The notes under the pieces were generated by a model. It saw only the letters and a list, made by a program, of their open reading frames with translations, did no database searches and was not told the origin of the DNA. Positions 30,529 through 39,533 of a stretch of 64,000 bases of DNA are shown here, one piece after another. A program made the translations under genes and the position numbers. The DNA is from Gloeobacterales cyanobacterium (GTDB lineage: Bacteria; Cyanobacteriota; Cyanobacteriia; Gloeobacterales; PMM-0068), in NCBI GenBank assembly GCA_038245785.1, contig JBBRSB010000023.1, positions 16,512-80,511 on the forward strand, written 5' to 3'. Numbering within the stretch: position 1 is the first letter of the stretch; each line of letters opens with the position of its first letter.

Positions 30529-30578
30529 GTCATTAGCTTCAATTCAAAATTACCTGTTGATCTCTCAAGGAGTTTCCC

Positions 30579-31214
30579 ATGGACCGTCGCTATCCCCTAC
30601 TCAACAAAGTTATGTTCATCGGCCGTTTGGTCCGTGACTGTGAAGTCAAGTATCTCGAATCTGGCACCCAGATTACTCATTTTTCTATCGCAATCGATGG
30701 ATCAGGCAATCGGGGTACCGAAGCTGCATTCATCGACTTTAGCAAAATTGGCGAATTCAATGTGGCCGAGTATCTCAAAAAAGGGACTCAAGTCTTTGTT
30801 GAAGGCCATATTGACCAAACCCGCAAAGAAGTGGACGGACAAAAACGAACTTTTACGAATTTCCTTTGTGACCGTCTCCAGCTATTGAGTGCAGCCCGCA
30901 GTTCCGATGACCCCACCATGAGTGGAGTCTTAGAAGACGATGACTTTGACCCTTTCGAGACTGAGCCCGTCAAGACCAATCAAACCCAACACGCCGACAA
31001 ACTTTTCAACCTTTTAGTAGACCACTATGGAGATCCAAAGACGTGGAACCGTAAGCAGTTTACTTCTCTTACCCGATGGGTAGAAGAACGGACCGGAACT
31101 CCTGCTGTTTCCGTTTCTTTAGAAGGTCTAAAAGCGCAGCTAGCTGCTATTCCCAAGGCGGAAGCTCAGACCCTGGCAGAAAAAATGCAGCAAGCTTTTG
31201 CCCGTTCTGCTTAA
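30579..31214 (+). CDS. ssb: Single-stranded DNA-binding protein with C-terminal extension
   Basis: LNKVMFIGRLVRD, FSIAI, AEYLKKGTQVFVEG OB-fold; internal acidic EDDDFDPF; AAGGAG RBS. Confidence 0.85.
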   Translation: MDRRYPLLNKVMFIGRLVRDCEVKYLESGTQITHFSIAIDGSGNRGTEAAFIDFSKIGEFNVAEYLKKGTQVFVEGHIDQTRKEVDGQKRTFTNFLCDRLQLLSAARSSDDPTMSGVLEDDDFDPFETEPVKTNQTQHADKLFNLLVDHYGDPKTWNRKQFTSLTRWVEERTGTPAVSVSLEGLKAQLAAIPKAEAQTLAEKMQQAFARSA

Positions 31215-31324
31215 TCGGCGGCAACTGATCCACTCCAGCCTCTTGAAGGACGCAATCTTTGCGTCCTCAATTGCTCTTCAAACAAATAATTGTCCTCCAT
31301 GGAATCGATAAGGATTGCACTCCC

Positions 31325-32239
31325 ATGTATGCCAAGACTTTTGATACTCCTCTTGCTCCAAGCTCCGTCCAGCTAAATACGAAAGCCGATTGTGTCGGTC
31401 TCTATTTCAAGCATGTCCGCCGTCAACCGCTCTTAGATCACCCAACAGAACTCCGGTTAGCACGACTTGTCCAACAGGGTCTCCAAGCCGCTATGGAATC
31501 TGGATGGGCTCGAGACCGTAAACTCGCTCAAGCGAGAGAAGCTAGAACCCGATTGATGAAGGGTAATCTGCGTCTTGTGATTTCTATTGCTAAAAAGTAC
31601 CAAGGTCGTGGATTGCCTCTAGAAGATCTTATTCAAGAGGGCAACCTTGGTCTAGTTAAGGCCATAGATAAATTCGATCCCAGCCGTGGTTTCCGTTTCA
31701 GCACCTATGCCACCTGGTGGATTCGCCAGGGTGTCGTTCAAGCGGTAGACCAACAAAGCCGCTGTGTTCGGCTCCCAAAGCACCTTCACGAAAAGAAGCG
31801 ACAGCTTCGGCGTACGGCAGTAGAACTATCCCAAAATCTCGGTCGTTGGCCCAAGCGTTCTGAACTTTGTGCAAAAGGGAACTTGAAGTTAGCAGCGGTA
31901 GAACAACTACAGCAAGACTTCTTACCCGTACGTTCCTTGGATGCGCCCACTGCTCAAGACCAAACTACCCCGTTAGGATGCCTTCTCCCCAGCCCAGAGA
32001 CACCGTTGGACGAAACGCTGACTCAAAAAGAGTTGCAGAGACAGCTTCAAGACGCCGTAGCATCCTTAGAACCGCTCACGCGACAGGTAGTGGCTCTGCG
32101 TTTTGGTTTTAAGGGTCCAGAGCAAACCGTAGCTGCCACCGCGCGCATCTTGAGCTTGCCTCGGAAGAAAGTGCGTTCTTTGGAAGAATCTGCTATTCAA
32201 CAGCTCAAGCAAGTACTTAAGGAAAATCAGCCATGCTGA
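31325..32239 (+). CDS. Sigma-70 family RNA polymerase sigma factor (group 2-like, accessory)
   Basis: Region 1.2 'LYFKHVRRQPLL...E', region 2 'NLRLVISIAKKYQGRGL.LEDLIQEGNLGL.KAIDKFDPSRGFRFSTYATWWIRQ', SLDAP, divergent region 4; start probably ATG 31325. Confidence 0.9.
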   Translation: MYAKTFDTPLAPSSVQLNTKADCVGLYFKHVRRQPLLDHPTELRLARLVQQGLQAAMESGWARDRKLAQAREARTRLMKGNLRLVISIAKKYQGRGLPLEDLIQEGNLGLVKAIDKFDPSRGFRFSTYATWWIRQGVVQAVDQQSRCVRLPKHLHEKKRQLRRTAVELSQNLGRWPKRSELCAKGNLKLAAVEQLQQDFLPVRSLDAPTAQDQTTPLGCLLPSPETPLDETLTQKELQRQLQDAVASLEPLTRQVVALRFGFKGPEQTVAATARILSLPRKKVRSLEESAIQQLKQVLKENQPC

Positions 32240-32589
32240 AAGAGCGATGGGATACCTTTGTCTCAGCGTTAAATCATCCGATTGCCCAAGGATTGGCTCG
32301 GACTGTCACCGAAATTCAGGAACGTCCCCCGAAAGGAGGAAGCAACGGCGCCGTTTATCTCCTGTTTCCCAATCGACGGCTTCAGGCTAAAGCTGCCCAA
32401 TACCGTCCTTGTTTTGTGGAATGCGCTACGAGATTGCTGAGCCATCCGATCAGTATTGAGTTTGTTGTAGTACCTTTTTCGATACCTGTTCAGGAAGAAT
32501 CGAAAGGCATTGATGACATCGACGCTATTGCTCAATCCCTAGCTCAAGCTATGGATGGGGAAGTGTTGGAGGGCGATTTATGGAATTAA
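32233..32589 (+). CDS. Hypothetical protein resembling the C-terminal part of cyanobacterial DnaX (gamma/tau)
   Basis: 'WDTFVSAL..PIAQGL', 'AVYLLFPNRRL..KA', terminal 'IAQSLAQAMDGEVL' recalls the DnaX tail 'A..LA.FF.GEI'; overlaps the sigma gene stop. Confidence 0.5.
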   Translation: MLKERWDTFVSALNHPIAQGLARTVTEIQERPPKGGSNGAVYLLFPNRRLQAKAAQYRPCFVECATRLLSHPISIEFVVVPFSIPVQEESKGIDDIDAIAQSLAQAMDGEVLEGDLWN

Positions 32590-32650
32590 AAATCCTAGTT
32601 AATTAGAGGAAGGATCTGACCCAAACGTACTCAACCCTGTGAGCGAATTT

Positions 32651-32691
32651 GCCTATCTTTGCCGAGACTTGGGTCTTCGGCGACGATAGGC
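32651..32691. terminator. GC-rich hairpin between convergent genes
   Basis: gcctatc...gccgagac-ttgg-gtcttcggc...gataggc imperfect long stem. Confidence 0.5.
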
Positions 32692-32695
32692 GGAT

Positions 32696-33667
32696 TCAGA
32701 GCGTCCTTTCAAGCAACTTAGAGTCTGCAACATCCATTTGATTACCATAATCATTTAGAGTAAATTGAAGTAACAAAACTAGGCGGTCTTTGATAGTAGG
32801 GATCGTCGCTTTATGAAAACAAAATGTATCCTCGGCAAATCCAAAACCAGGTTTTCCACAAATAGTTATTATGTTTTGAGAATTATAGAATTCTTCAATA
32901 GCTTCATCAGGGCATCGCCTAAATAGAGAGTAAAGATGAGAAATTTTCTTTCTCTTATGACTCTCCTTCACAAACATGTGAGGACCGGCGGATGAATCTA
33001 CTTCTGTAAGATAAAAGAAAAACTTTAAACAGCGATAATCATCTAAATCATAATGAAAGAAGTAGCTACCATTTCTTGCTTCTTTGCGAAGAGAAAGAAA
33101 TGTTATATCGCTCAAGAGTAATTTTTTTTCTTCCTCTCTTTTCGCAAATAGCCACCATAGACGACTCCCTGTGTAGAGTGGTTTTCCTCCTAGATACTGA
33201 GCAGCGATATACAGTAGTTTTGGATCGTGAACAAGCTTTCGAATAGCTGGACAAAGCAGTGTTGTATTGAAGTAATCAGCTCCAACAAATACTTTTCCGT
33301 ATTTCTTTTCTGCTTCTTGTTTTTGAGCATAGTTAAATCCAAGCTCATGAGAACTATCAGCATAGCAATCATGGGTAGCAGTATAGTCTAAGAGTTCATG
33401 TAAGGTTTCGCTGGGTAAATTAATGCCCAAATAAGCTCTATCTCTTCTCAAGGAGTCAACAGCACTATCAATATCAAGCTCTTTAAAGATAGATTGCTTA
33501 ACATTGTAATGACTAGAACTCCTATGGAAAGAAGTCATTATAGAGCGAAATAGCTTAAATCGACCCAAGATAAACATTAATATCCATTTTGGATTCCCTC
33601 TTCCTCGTCGACTACTTATCTTAAAATTTTGATAGCATCTTGATAAAAAAAATGGATATGTTCTCAT
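32696..33667 (-). CDS. Fe(II)/2-oxoglutarate dioxygenase-like protein (PhyH-like)
   Basis: FHYDLDD (HxD), LKFFFYLTEV, GPHMFVKESH, FAEDTFCFHKA (distal His), R.VL.LQF; visibly AT-rich. Confidence 0.75.
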   Translation of the reverse strand: MRTYPFFLSRCYQNFKISSRRGRGNPKWILMFILGRFKLFRSIMTSFHRSSSHYNVKQSIFKELDIDSAVDSLRRDRAYLGINLPSETLHELLDYTATHDCYADSSHELGFNYAQKQEAEKKYGKVFVGADYFNTTLLCPAIRKLVHDPKLLYIAAQYLGGKPLYTGSRLWWLFAKREEEKKLLLSDITFLSLRKEARNGSYFFHYDLDDYRCLKFFFYLTEVDSSAGPHMFVKESHKRKKISHLYSLFRRCPDEAIEEFYNSQNIITICGKPGFGFAEDTFCFHKATIPTIKDRLVLLLQFTLNDYGNQMDVADSKLLERTL

Positions 33668-34536
33668 AGGTAATAAATCCTTAGGGTAATAGGTCAAATC
33701 ATAGAGTTTTTAACTTTTAAAAACTCTATATATGGGGTCGTTTGAAGTGAAGAACAATGAAAGAAGATAGCCAAATACGGGTGGCGGTACAGCCAAAAAT
33801 TATATAAAAACTGGGCTCTTTCGTTTTGTACTTTCTGTGGCATTGTTGTCTAGTGAAAGTTTTTGAAAAAGATTCATATCAAACAATTCTATCAAGCGGA
33901 AGTATTTTTCCGTCAGGAGTTCTACCAATCGTTTGGGGATAGGGGTTTTACTTGCGGATTGGGTGATCGAGCAAAGACAAAAGGGTTCCAAAACCTCTGG
34001 CATCCTCCTGACACGAGTATATATAGCAGGAGTGCCTCAAGCAAGCGATTCAGGTAGTATTAGTTCAAGTTTTCTAAACCTGGGCTATGAACTACAGTTA
34101 AGTCAATAGCTTGGTAGGCAATCGGCAACCCTTCGTCCGTCGAGTAAAAAGCCTACGAAGTTAACATCGTTCTTTTAATATCAAACTCCCTTACCTTTCG
34201 CTCAAAATTTTTTCGGAGAGGCTTTTCCCAACGATTGCCACAGACCAAAACCTAAGCTTTGACCAGTTCTAGCTCAATCGGGATTTCATCTAGTCCTATG
34301 CGCTGGACGAGACGCCAAGGTATAAACAAGCTCGTTCAGTCTAAAGGCCAGCTAAGTAGGTTACGAACTTCTCGCCTTAACTGTAGATGCGTTTTGCCAG
34401 GAACAGGGTTCTGCCTAGAGCGTCTTTTAGTAAAAGTATTGGTTTTTACCACTGCACGTTCCTGGTTTAATGTAAGTATTTCAGGTCACATCGTGCTGGT
34501 ATGCCAGTACACCTATGGTTATGACTAAGGTCGGCT

Positions 34537-36747
34537 ATGGTCAAGGAAGTGAGTCAACAAACCATGAGCAATCAGCTAAGCAACAAAATAATTGGTAAAA
34601 ATCTTAATGGGCGATACCGTGTAATCTCTGCTCTGGGGACGGGTAGATTCGGCACAACCTATTTAGCCGAAGATCAGCACCGCCCGGGCCGTCCTCGCTG
34701 CGTAATCAAGCAATTACAGCTCAATAGCAACAACACTCAATTGGTGGAAGTTACCCGTCGGCTCTTCAATACAGAGGCCGAAACTTTGCAAAAAATTAGC
34801 CATCATGAACAAATTCCCGAACTATTGGCCTCTTTTGAGGAGAAAGGACAGTTTTTTCTAGTACAGGAATTTATCCCTGGTCCCTCTCTGATATCGGAAA
34901 TCCTTACAGATCAGGCGTTACCTGAGCCACGGGTAAATAAACTCCTTAAAGAAATTCTCCAAGTATTGGAGTTTGTCCATGCGCAGGGCGTGGTTCACCG
35001 TAATCTCAAAGCAGACAATATCATTCATCATGAGCAGCTCGATAAGTGGGTATTGATCAACTTTGGCTCGGAAAAAGCGCTAAAGGAGATTAGCGACCAA
35101 CTGATGGGCCAAAAGAAAGATGCGGCAGAGACGTTCTCCCCGCCTGGGTATGCTCAGGAAAAATCAACTATCAGCAATGGTCCTTCAGCCAGCTCAGATA
35201 TCTACGCCTTGGGGATGATTTGCCTACAAGCACTCACAGGGATAGCACCCAGTGACATTGAGCGAGATTTGAAAACGGGAGAAATTCGCTGGCCTGCCGA
35301 GATAACATCCCGAGTGAGTCCAAAACTCAGAAATATTATCTCCAAAATGGTATTTCATGACTCCAGCCAACGATACTCATCAGCAACGGAAGTATTACAA
35401 GCTCTCAATACCTCTCCAGGATTCCCTCTCCCTAAACATTTGAAGCCTGTACAGGCTGAACAAACTCCTGAGGCAGTGCCACAGGTGCTCAGACCGGAAG
35501 TGTCCAGACCTGTAACTTCTGCTTTTAATGCTTCTTCCCAGGGCAATCCATTTCCTCTTCCTCCCGATACCCCACAGATGCCAAACAGACCAAGCATACC
35601 GAGGCCTAGAACCGTCCCTGAACGTTCGGATGCGGACTCGGTTTTCGCTCAGCCTGTAGTTGTGGAAACTCCTGCATCTCCATTACCCTTGTGGATGAGC
35701 GGTGTTGGAGTCTTTACCGCTTTTATTGCCGCTGGATTTTTTCTTTGGATCAGCGTTAAATCAGACAGCAATAATGCACTCATAACGAGTAAGCCTCCGG
35801 CTCAAGAATCAACCAAGGAATCAACCACAGCACAGGACCAATTAAATGCTGAGCAGCGAGCCCTTCTGCAAGAGGCGGATACACCAATCAAATCGCAGTC
35901 AGAGCGCAAAGCTTTCAGCCAGCAACAGCTAGCAGCCAAAACTCCTGTGCCTGCATTTAAAGAAGAGGTCCCTGTACCCGTTCCTCCACCTCCTCAACTA
36001 AAAATCCCTGCTGTCTCAGCTCCTCCAACCCAATCAACAGCCAAAGCTTCTGCAAACCAGTCAGCAACGCTCAACAGTTCTACCCAAAACCAGGCATCGA
36101 CCAAATCAAATCTGGCGGTTCCCTCTGTAAAGAGTACGGTAGCTCCTAGTGCAAAGACTGAAGCGAGCACCACAGGCAGTACAACAAAGGCATCAGAACC
36201 TGCTCCTACGCCCTCAAACGTGGAAGATAAGGCCATCCAAGAAGCTAAACCAACAGAACCAGATAAATCTCCTGTAGCTATCCCAGGTCCAATCGTCAAG
36301 AACACTCCAGAGCTAAGCCCAATCCCTAGCAAACAAGAGGCTCCTGCAACTCCTACGCCTCTCCTTTCTGTTAATAAAACTTCAGAACCAAGTTCTTCTC
36401 CTCAGCCTGTAAATAAAAGCGGAGACCGCGATGTTGTTGCGACAGCAAGTCCGGTCAGTAGTCGCGTTGATATTTCTTTAGTCAACGCAACGGGTACGCT
36501 TGTGTCCTATCAAGTCCTTGGAAATACAGACGAGCGTTATCTCTATGCTGATATGAGGTCCAACCTGCGTGGGTTACCCGCACCCGCTAATGTGAGTTTT
36601 TACCGTCCTGACCGTGGGCCGATTGAAATTATTACCAAGACTATCGCACCAGGAAAAGTACAAGTAACGCTCAGACGTGGTAGCGGTCCTGACAACGACC
36701 ATAGCTTTTTGACGGTTCAAGATTCTGGCAAAGTTACGTTGGACTAA
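34537..36747 (+). CDS. Membrane-anchored Hanks-type Ser/Thr kinase-like protein (probable pseudokinase)
   Basis: LNGRYRVISALGTGRFGTTYLAED, CVIKQL, HRNLKADN, INFG, SDIYALG; TM 'LWMSGVGVFTAFIAAGFFLWI'; Pro/Ser/Thr-rich linker. Confidence 0.85.
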   Translation: MVKEVSQQTMSNQLSNKIIGKNLNGRYRVISALGTGRFGTTYLAEDQHRPGRPRCVIKQLQLNSNNTQLVEVTRRLFNTEAETLQKISHHEQIPELLASFEEKGQFFLVQEFIPGPSLISEILTDQALPEPRVNKLLKEILQVLEFVHAQGVVHRNLKADNIIHHEQLDKWVLINFGSEKALKEISDQLMGQKKDAAETFSPPGYAQEKSTISNGPSASSDIYALGMICLQALTGIAPSDIERDLKTGEIRWPAEITSRVSPKLRNIISKMVFHDSSQRYSSATEVLQALNTSPGFPLPKHLKPVQAEQTPEAVPQVLRPEVSRPVTSAFNASSQGNPFPLPPDTPQMPNRPSIPRPRTVPERSDADSVFAQPVVVETPASPLPLWMSGVGVFTAFIAAGFFLWISVKSDSNNALITSKPPAQESTKESTTAQDQLNAEQRALLQEADTPIKSQSERKAFSQQQLAAKTPVPAFKEEVPVPVPPPPQLKIPAVSAPPTQSTAKASANQSATLNSSTQNQASTKSNLAVPSVKSTVAPSAKTEASTTGSTTKASEPAPTPSNVEDKAIQEAKPTEPDKSPVAIPGPIVKNTPELSPIPSKQEAPATPTPLLSVNKTSEPSSSPQPVNKSGDRDVVATASPVSSRVDISLVNATGTLVSYQVLGNTDERYLYADMRSNLRGLPAPANVSFYRPDRGPIEIITKTIAPGKVQVTLRRGSGPDNDHSFLTVQDSGKVTLD

Positions 36748-36953
36748 CTTGCCCTCATTGAGCTTAAGAGTCTTTGCCCGTGGGGCTTAGTCGCGGTTTC
36801 AACCGTTAGAGTTTAGTCTTCTACTAATCGCTCCTGCAATAGTTTGCTCGAGCTAGTTCTGCCTGCGGATATAGGTTTAGTCGCCATAGTTTGGCTATAT
36901 TCGGAACGAAAGCAATTAGTAAAAAAAATATTATTGGCCAATAGGGGTTAAAG

Positions 36954-37418
36954 ATGGCAACACTAAAGCGGACAGCAGAAGCAGTTTGGACGGGAAATTT
37001 AGCCAAAGGTGCAGGCGAAATCACAACGGCAAGCAATACGCTGAGTCACACCCCTTACAGCTTTAAAACTCGGTTTGAGCAGACTCCAGGCACAAATCCC
37101 GAAGAGCTGATAGCAGCGGCCCATGCAGCCTGCTATAGCATGGCATTTGCCCATACATTGAGCGAAAAAGGCTACTCGCCAGAACAAATTGAGACTCAAG
37201 CCATTTGCTCGTTGGAATCACAACCAGAAGGCGGTTTTAAGATTACTACCATGCAGCTAAGGACTGAGGGAACCGTTCCTGATCTAGATGAAGCAACATT
37301 CAAGAGCATTGCAGAACAAGCGGAAGCGGCCTGTCCCGTGTCGAATGCATTGCGTGGCAGCGTCAAGATTGAGTTAGAAGCAAAGTTGCTTGTTCAGCAG
37401 AATGCAGGAGCCTCCTAA
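36954..37418 (+). CDS. osmC: OsmC family peroxiredoxin
   Basis: AEAVWTGNL..GAG, YSFKTRFE, GTNPEELIAAAHAACYSMA, CPVSNAL. Confidence 0.93.
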   Translation: MATLKRTAEAVWTGNLAKGAGEITTASNTLSHTPYSFKTRFEQTPGTNPEELIAAAHAACYSMAFAHTLSEKGYSPEQIETQAICSLESQPEGGFKITTMQLRTEGTVPDLDEATFKSIAEQAEAACPVSNALRGSVKIELEAKLLVQQNAGAS

Positions 37419-37918
37419 TGAAACATTGGATCATTATTCCGAGTGTGACCTTTCTGGTATCCCTCAGTAGTTTTCTGATTGATCCTCAGGAAGATCTACG
37501 CTGGGCTAAAAGGCTTAAGCTTCCTCGATGGCTGGCAATCATTGAACCTCTGATTCCTGTAATTTGGACAATAATTTTTATCTGTGGTGCAGCATCTGCT
37601 GTTTTGGTGTGGAAGCAGGATCCAGGTAGTCTCAAAACATGGTTGATCATGGGATTCTATTTACTGGTTGAAGGGGTGACTGTTTCCTATATTCCTCTTA
37701 CCTTGAGGCTCCGTAGTCTTACGCTTGGCACCTTAATCGGTGGGCTTGGTGGGATTCTTGGTCTACTGTTGGCAGCTATAGTATTCCCTATTTCTACACT
37801 TGCAACCCTGCTGCTCCTGCCTTATTTGCTGTGGAGTCCAATCGGAACCTATGCCACTCATGAACTGATTGATTTCAATTCAGGAGCCGCATCGGCTAAA
37901 CCAAGCAGTTTGTCTTAG
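37418..37918 (+). CDS. TspO/MBR family protein
   Basis: W..RLKLPRWL, IPVIWT.IF, LLLPYLLWSPIGTY; about 5 TM segments. Confidence 0.8.
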   Translation: MKHWIIIPSVTFLVSLSSFLIDPQEDLRWAKRLKLPRWLAIIEPLIPVIWTIIFICGAASAVLVWKQDPGSLKTWLIMGFYLLVEGVTVSYIPLTLRLRSLTLGTLIGGLGGILGLLLAAIVFPISTLATLLLLPYLLWSPIGTYATHELIDFNSGAASAKPSSLS

Positions 37919-37973
37919 CAAATATGCTGTTTAAAGCATTACCGAGGACTATTCAAAAGAGAGGTATTGGAGG

Positions 37974-38435
37974 ATGGATAAGTTTCTTGGTAACTACTCT
38001 CCCCACATCTACGCGATTTTACGAATCGTAGCGGGATTAACGTTTGCACTGCATGGTAGCCAGAAAGTATTTGGCCTTCCGGGCGACGAACCGCCGGTAT
38101 CTATCGTTTCGTTAATGGGGTTCGGCGGACTGATTGAGCTCGTTTGCGGATTGATGATTGCGTTGGGACTGTTGGCTAGCTATGCCGCTTTTATCGCTAG
38201 CGGTCAAATGGCAGTTGCTTATTTCATGCTGCATTTTCCAAAGGGTTTTCTACCGATTGTTAATCAAGGGGATTTAGCAGTGCTCTACTGTTTCCTCTTC
38301 CTTTATGTAGCAGCACGAGGTTCAGGTCCCTGGAGTGTAGACGCACTTATCGGGAGGGTGACAGGGAGCTCATTGTCTTCTTTAGATATGAGCGCTGATA
38401 GAAATTCTGTAACATCACAAAGCAATAAGGTTTGA
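37974..38435 (+). CDS. DoxX family membrane protein
   Basis: LRIVAGL.F..HGSQK.FG, IEL.CG, SGQMAVAYF, NQGDLA, G.GPWSVD. Confidence 0.88.
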   Translation: MDKFLGNYSPHIYAILRIVAGLTFALHGSQKVFGLPGDEPPVSIVSLMGFGGLIELVCGLMIALGLLASYAAFIASGQMAVAYFMLHFPKGFLPIVNQGDLAVLYCFLFLYVAARGSGPWSVDALIGRVTGSSLSSLDMSADRNSVTSQSNKV

Positions 38436-38489
38436 TTCTTAAAAGTGATGCGCAATCACATCCTTAGACATTCAATGGAGACATACATC

Positions 38490-39449
38490 ATGAAATATCG
38501 ACAGCTTGGCAATAGTGATCTGAATGTTTCAGAAATCGGTTTAGGCTCCTGGTTGACCTACGGAGGTGGAGTTGAGCAACAACAAGCTGAAGCATGTGTT
38601 CACCAAGCCTTTGATATCGGCATTAACTTTATCGATACCGCCAATGTCTATGGACGGGGTGCAGCAGAATCTTTGTTAGGGGAAGTATTGCAGGGATTCG
38701 ATCGCTCTTCCTACATTCTGGCAACCAAAGTTTACTTTCCCATGTCGTCGACCGATCAGGGATTATCGACGGTTCAAATTCGTAAACAAATTGATGCCTC
38801 ACTCCAACGTCTCCGCACTGATTATGTTGATCTCTACCAGTGCCACCGCTATGACAGCAATACTCCCCTAGAAGAGACGATGGCAGCCTTGACAGAGGTG
38901 GTGCAGCAAGGAAAAGCTCGATACATCGGCTTTAGTGAGTGGAGCCCAGCACAGATTCAAGCTGCCTTGAATCTTCCTAACGTAGAGCAGTTTGTATCCA
39001 GCCAACCACAATACTCGATGCTATGGCGCAAACCGGAAGTGGAAGTGTTTCCCTTGTGTACAGATAACGGTATTGGTCAAATTGTTTGGTCTCCTCTAGC
39101 ACAAGGAGTTCTTACCGGAAAATACAAACCAGGCGAAGCTCCTCCTCAAGATTCTCGTGCAGCCAATGAAAAAATGAATGCGTTTATGCAAGATGTGCGG
39201 AGCGACCGTGTTCTAAGCGCAGTTCAAAACCTTAAGCCGATTGCCCAACGCTTAAACCTTTCGATGACGCAACTTGCTTTATCGTGGATATTACGAGATG
39301 AACGAGTATCGTCTGCCATTACTGGCGCAAGTCGTCCTGCTCAGGTGGTAGAGAATGCAGCTGCATCCGGTGTGCGTTTAAGCGAAGAGGTCTTGCTAGA
39401 GATCGATCAGGCACTGGCGCCTGCCTTGTCTTACGCAACAGCTAAGTGA
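38490..39449 (+). CDS. Aldo/keto reductase (Kv-beta-like)
   Basis: MKYRQLGNSDLNVSEIGLGSW, DTANVYG, LATKV, DLYQCHR, WSPLAQGVLTGKY. Confidence 0.92.
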   Translation: MKYRQLGNSDLNVSEIGLGSWLTYGGGVEQQQAEACVHQAFDIGINFIDTANVYGRGAAESLLGEVLQGFDRSSYILATKVYFPMSSTDQGLSTVQIRKQIDASLQRLRTDYVDLYQCHRYDSNTPLEETMAALTEVVQQGKARYIGFSEWSPAQIQAALNLPNVEQFVSSQPQYSMLWRKPEVEVFPLCTDNGIGQIVWSPLAQGVLTGKYKPGEAPPQDSRAANEKMNAFMQDVRSDRVLSAVQNLKPIAQRLNLSMTQLALSWILRDERVSSAITGASRPAQVVENAAASGVRLSEEVLLEIDQALAPALSYATAK

Positions 39450-39533
39450 CGCATATTTATTAATCCGTCTTAGTTAATCACAGAATTAGCGTTAAAGCTC
39501 CCGCTACAGGCAAAGCCTTAGCGATTGAGCTAC

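Noticed and set aside
29912-32589. Intact prophage
   Set aside because: No integrase, terminase, structural or lysis genes in the vicinity
33800-34528. Short ORFs or a possible transposase remnant between the dioxygenase and the pseudokinase
   Set aside because: No recognisable motif, terminal inverted repeats or RBS; cannot be supported by eye
36770-36810. Possible att site or REP/IS end at the left edge of the stress island (gcggtttcaaccg)
   Set aside because: No match to the tRNA-Tyr 3' end and only one copy seen in the window
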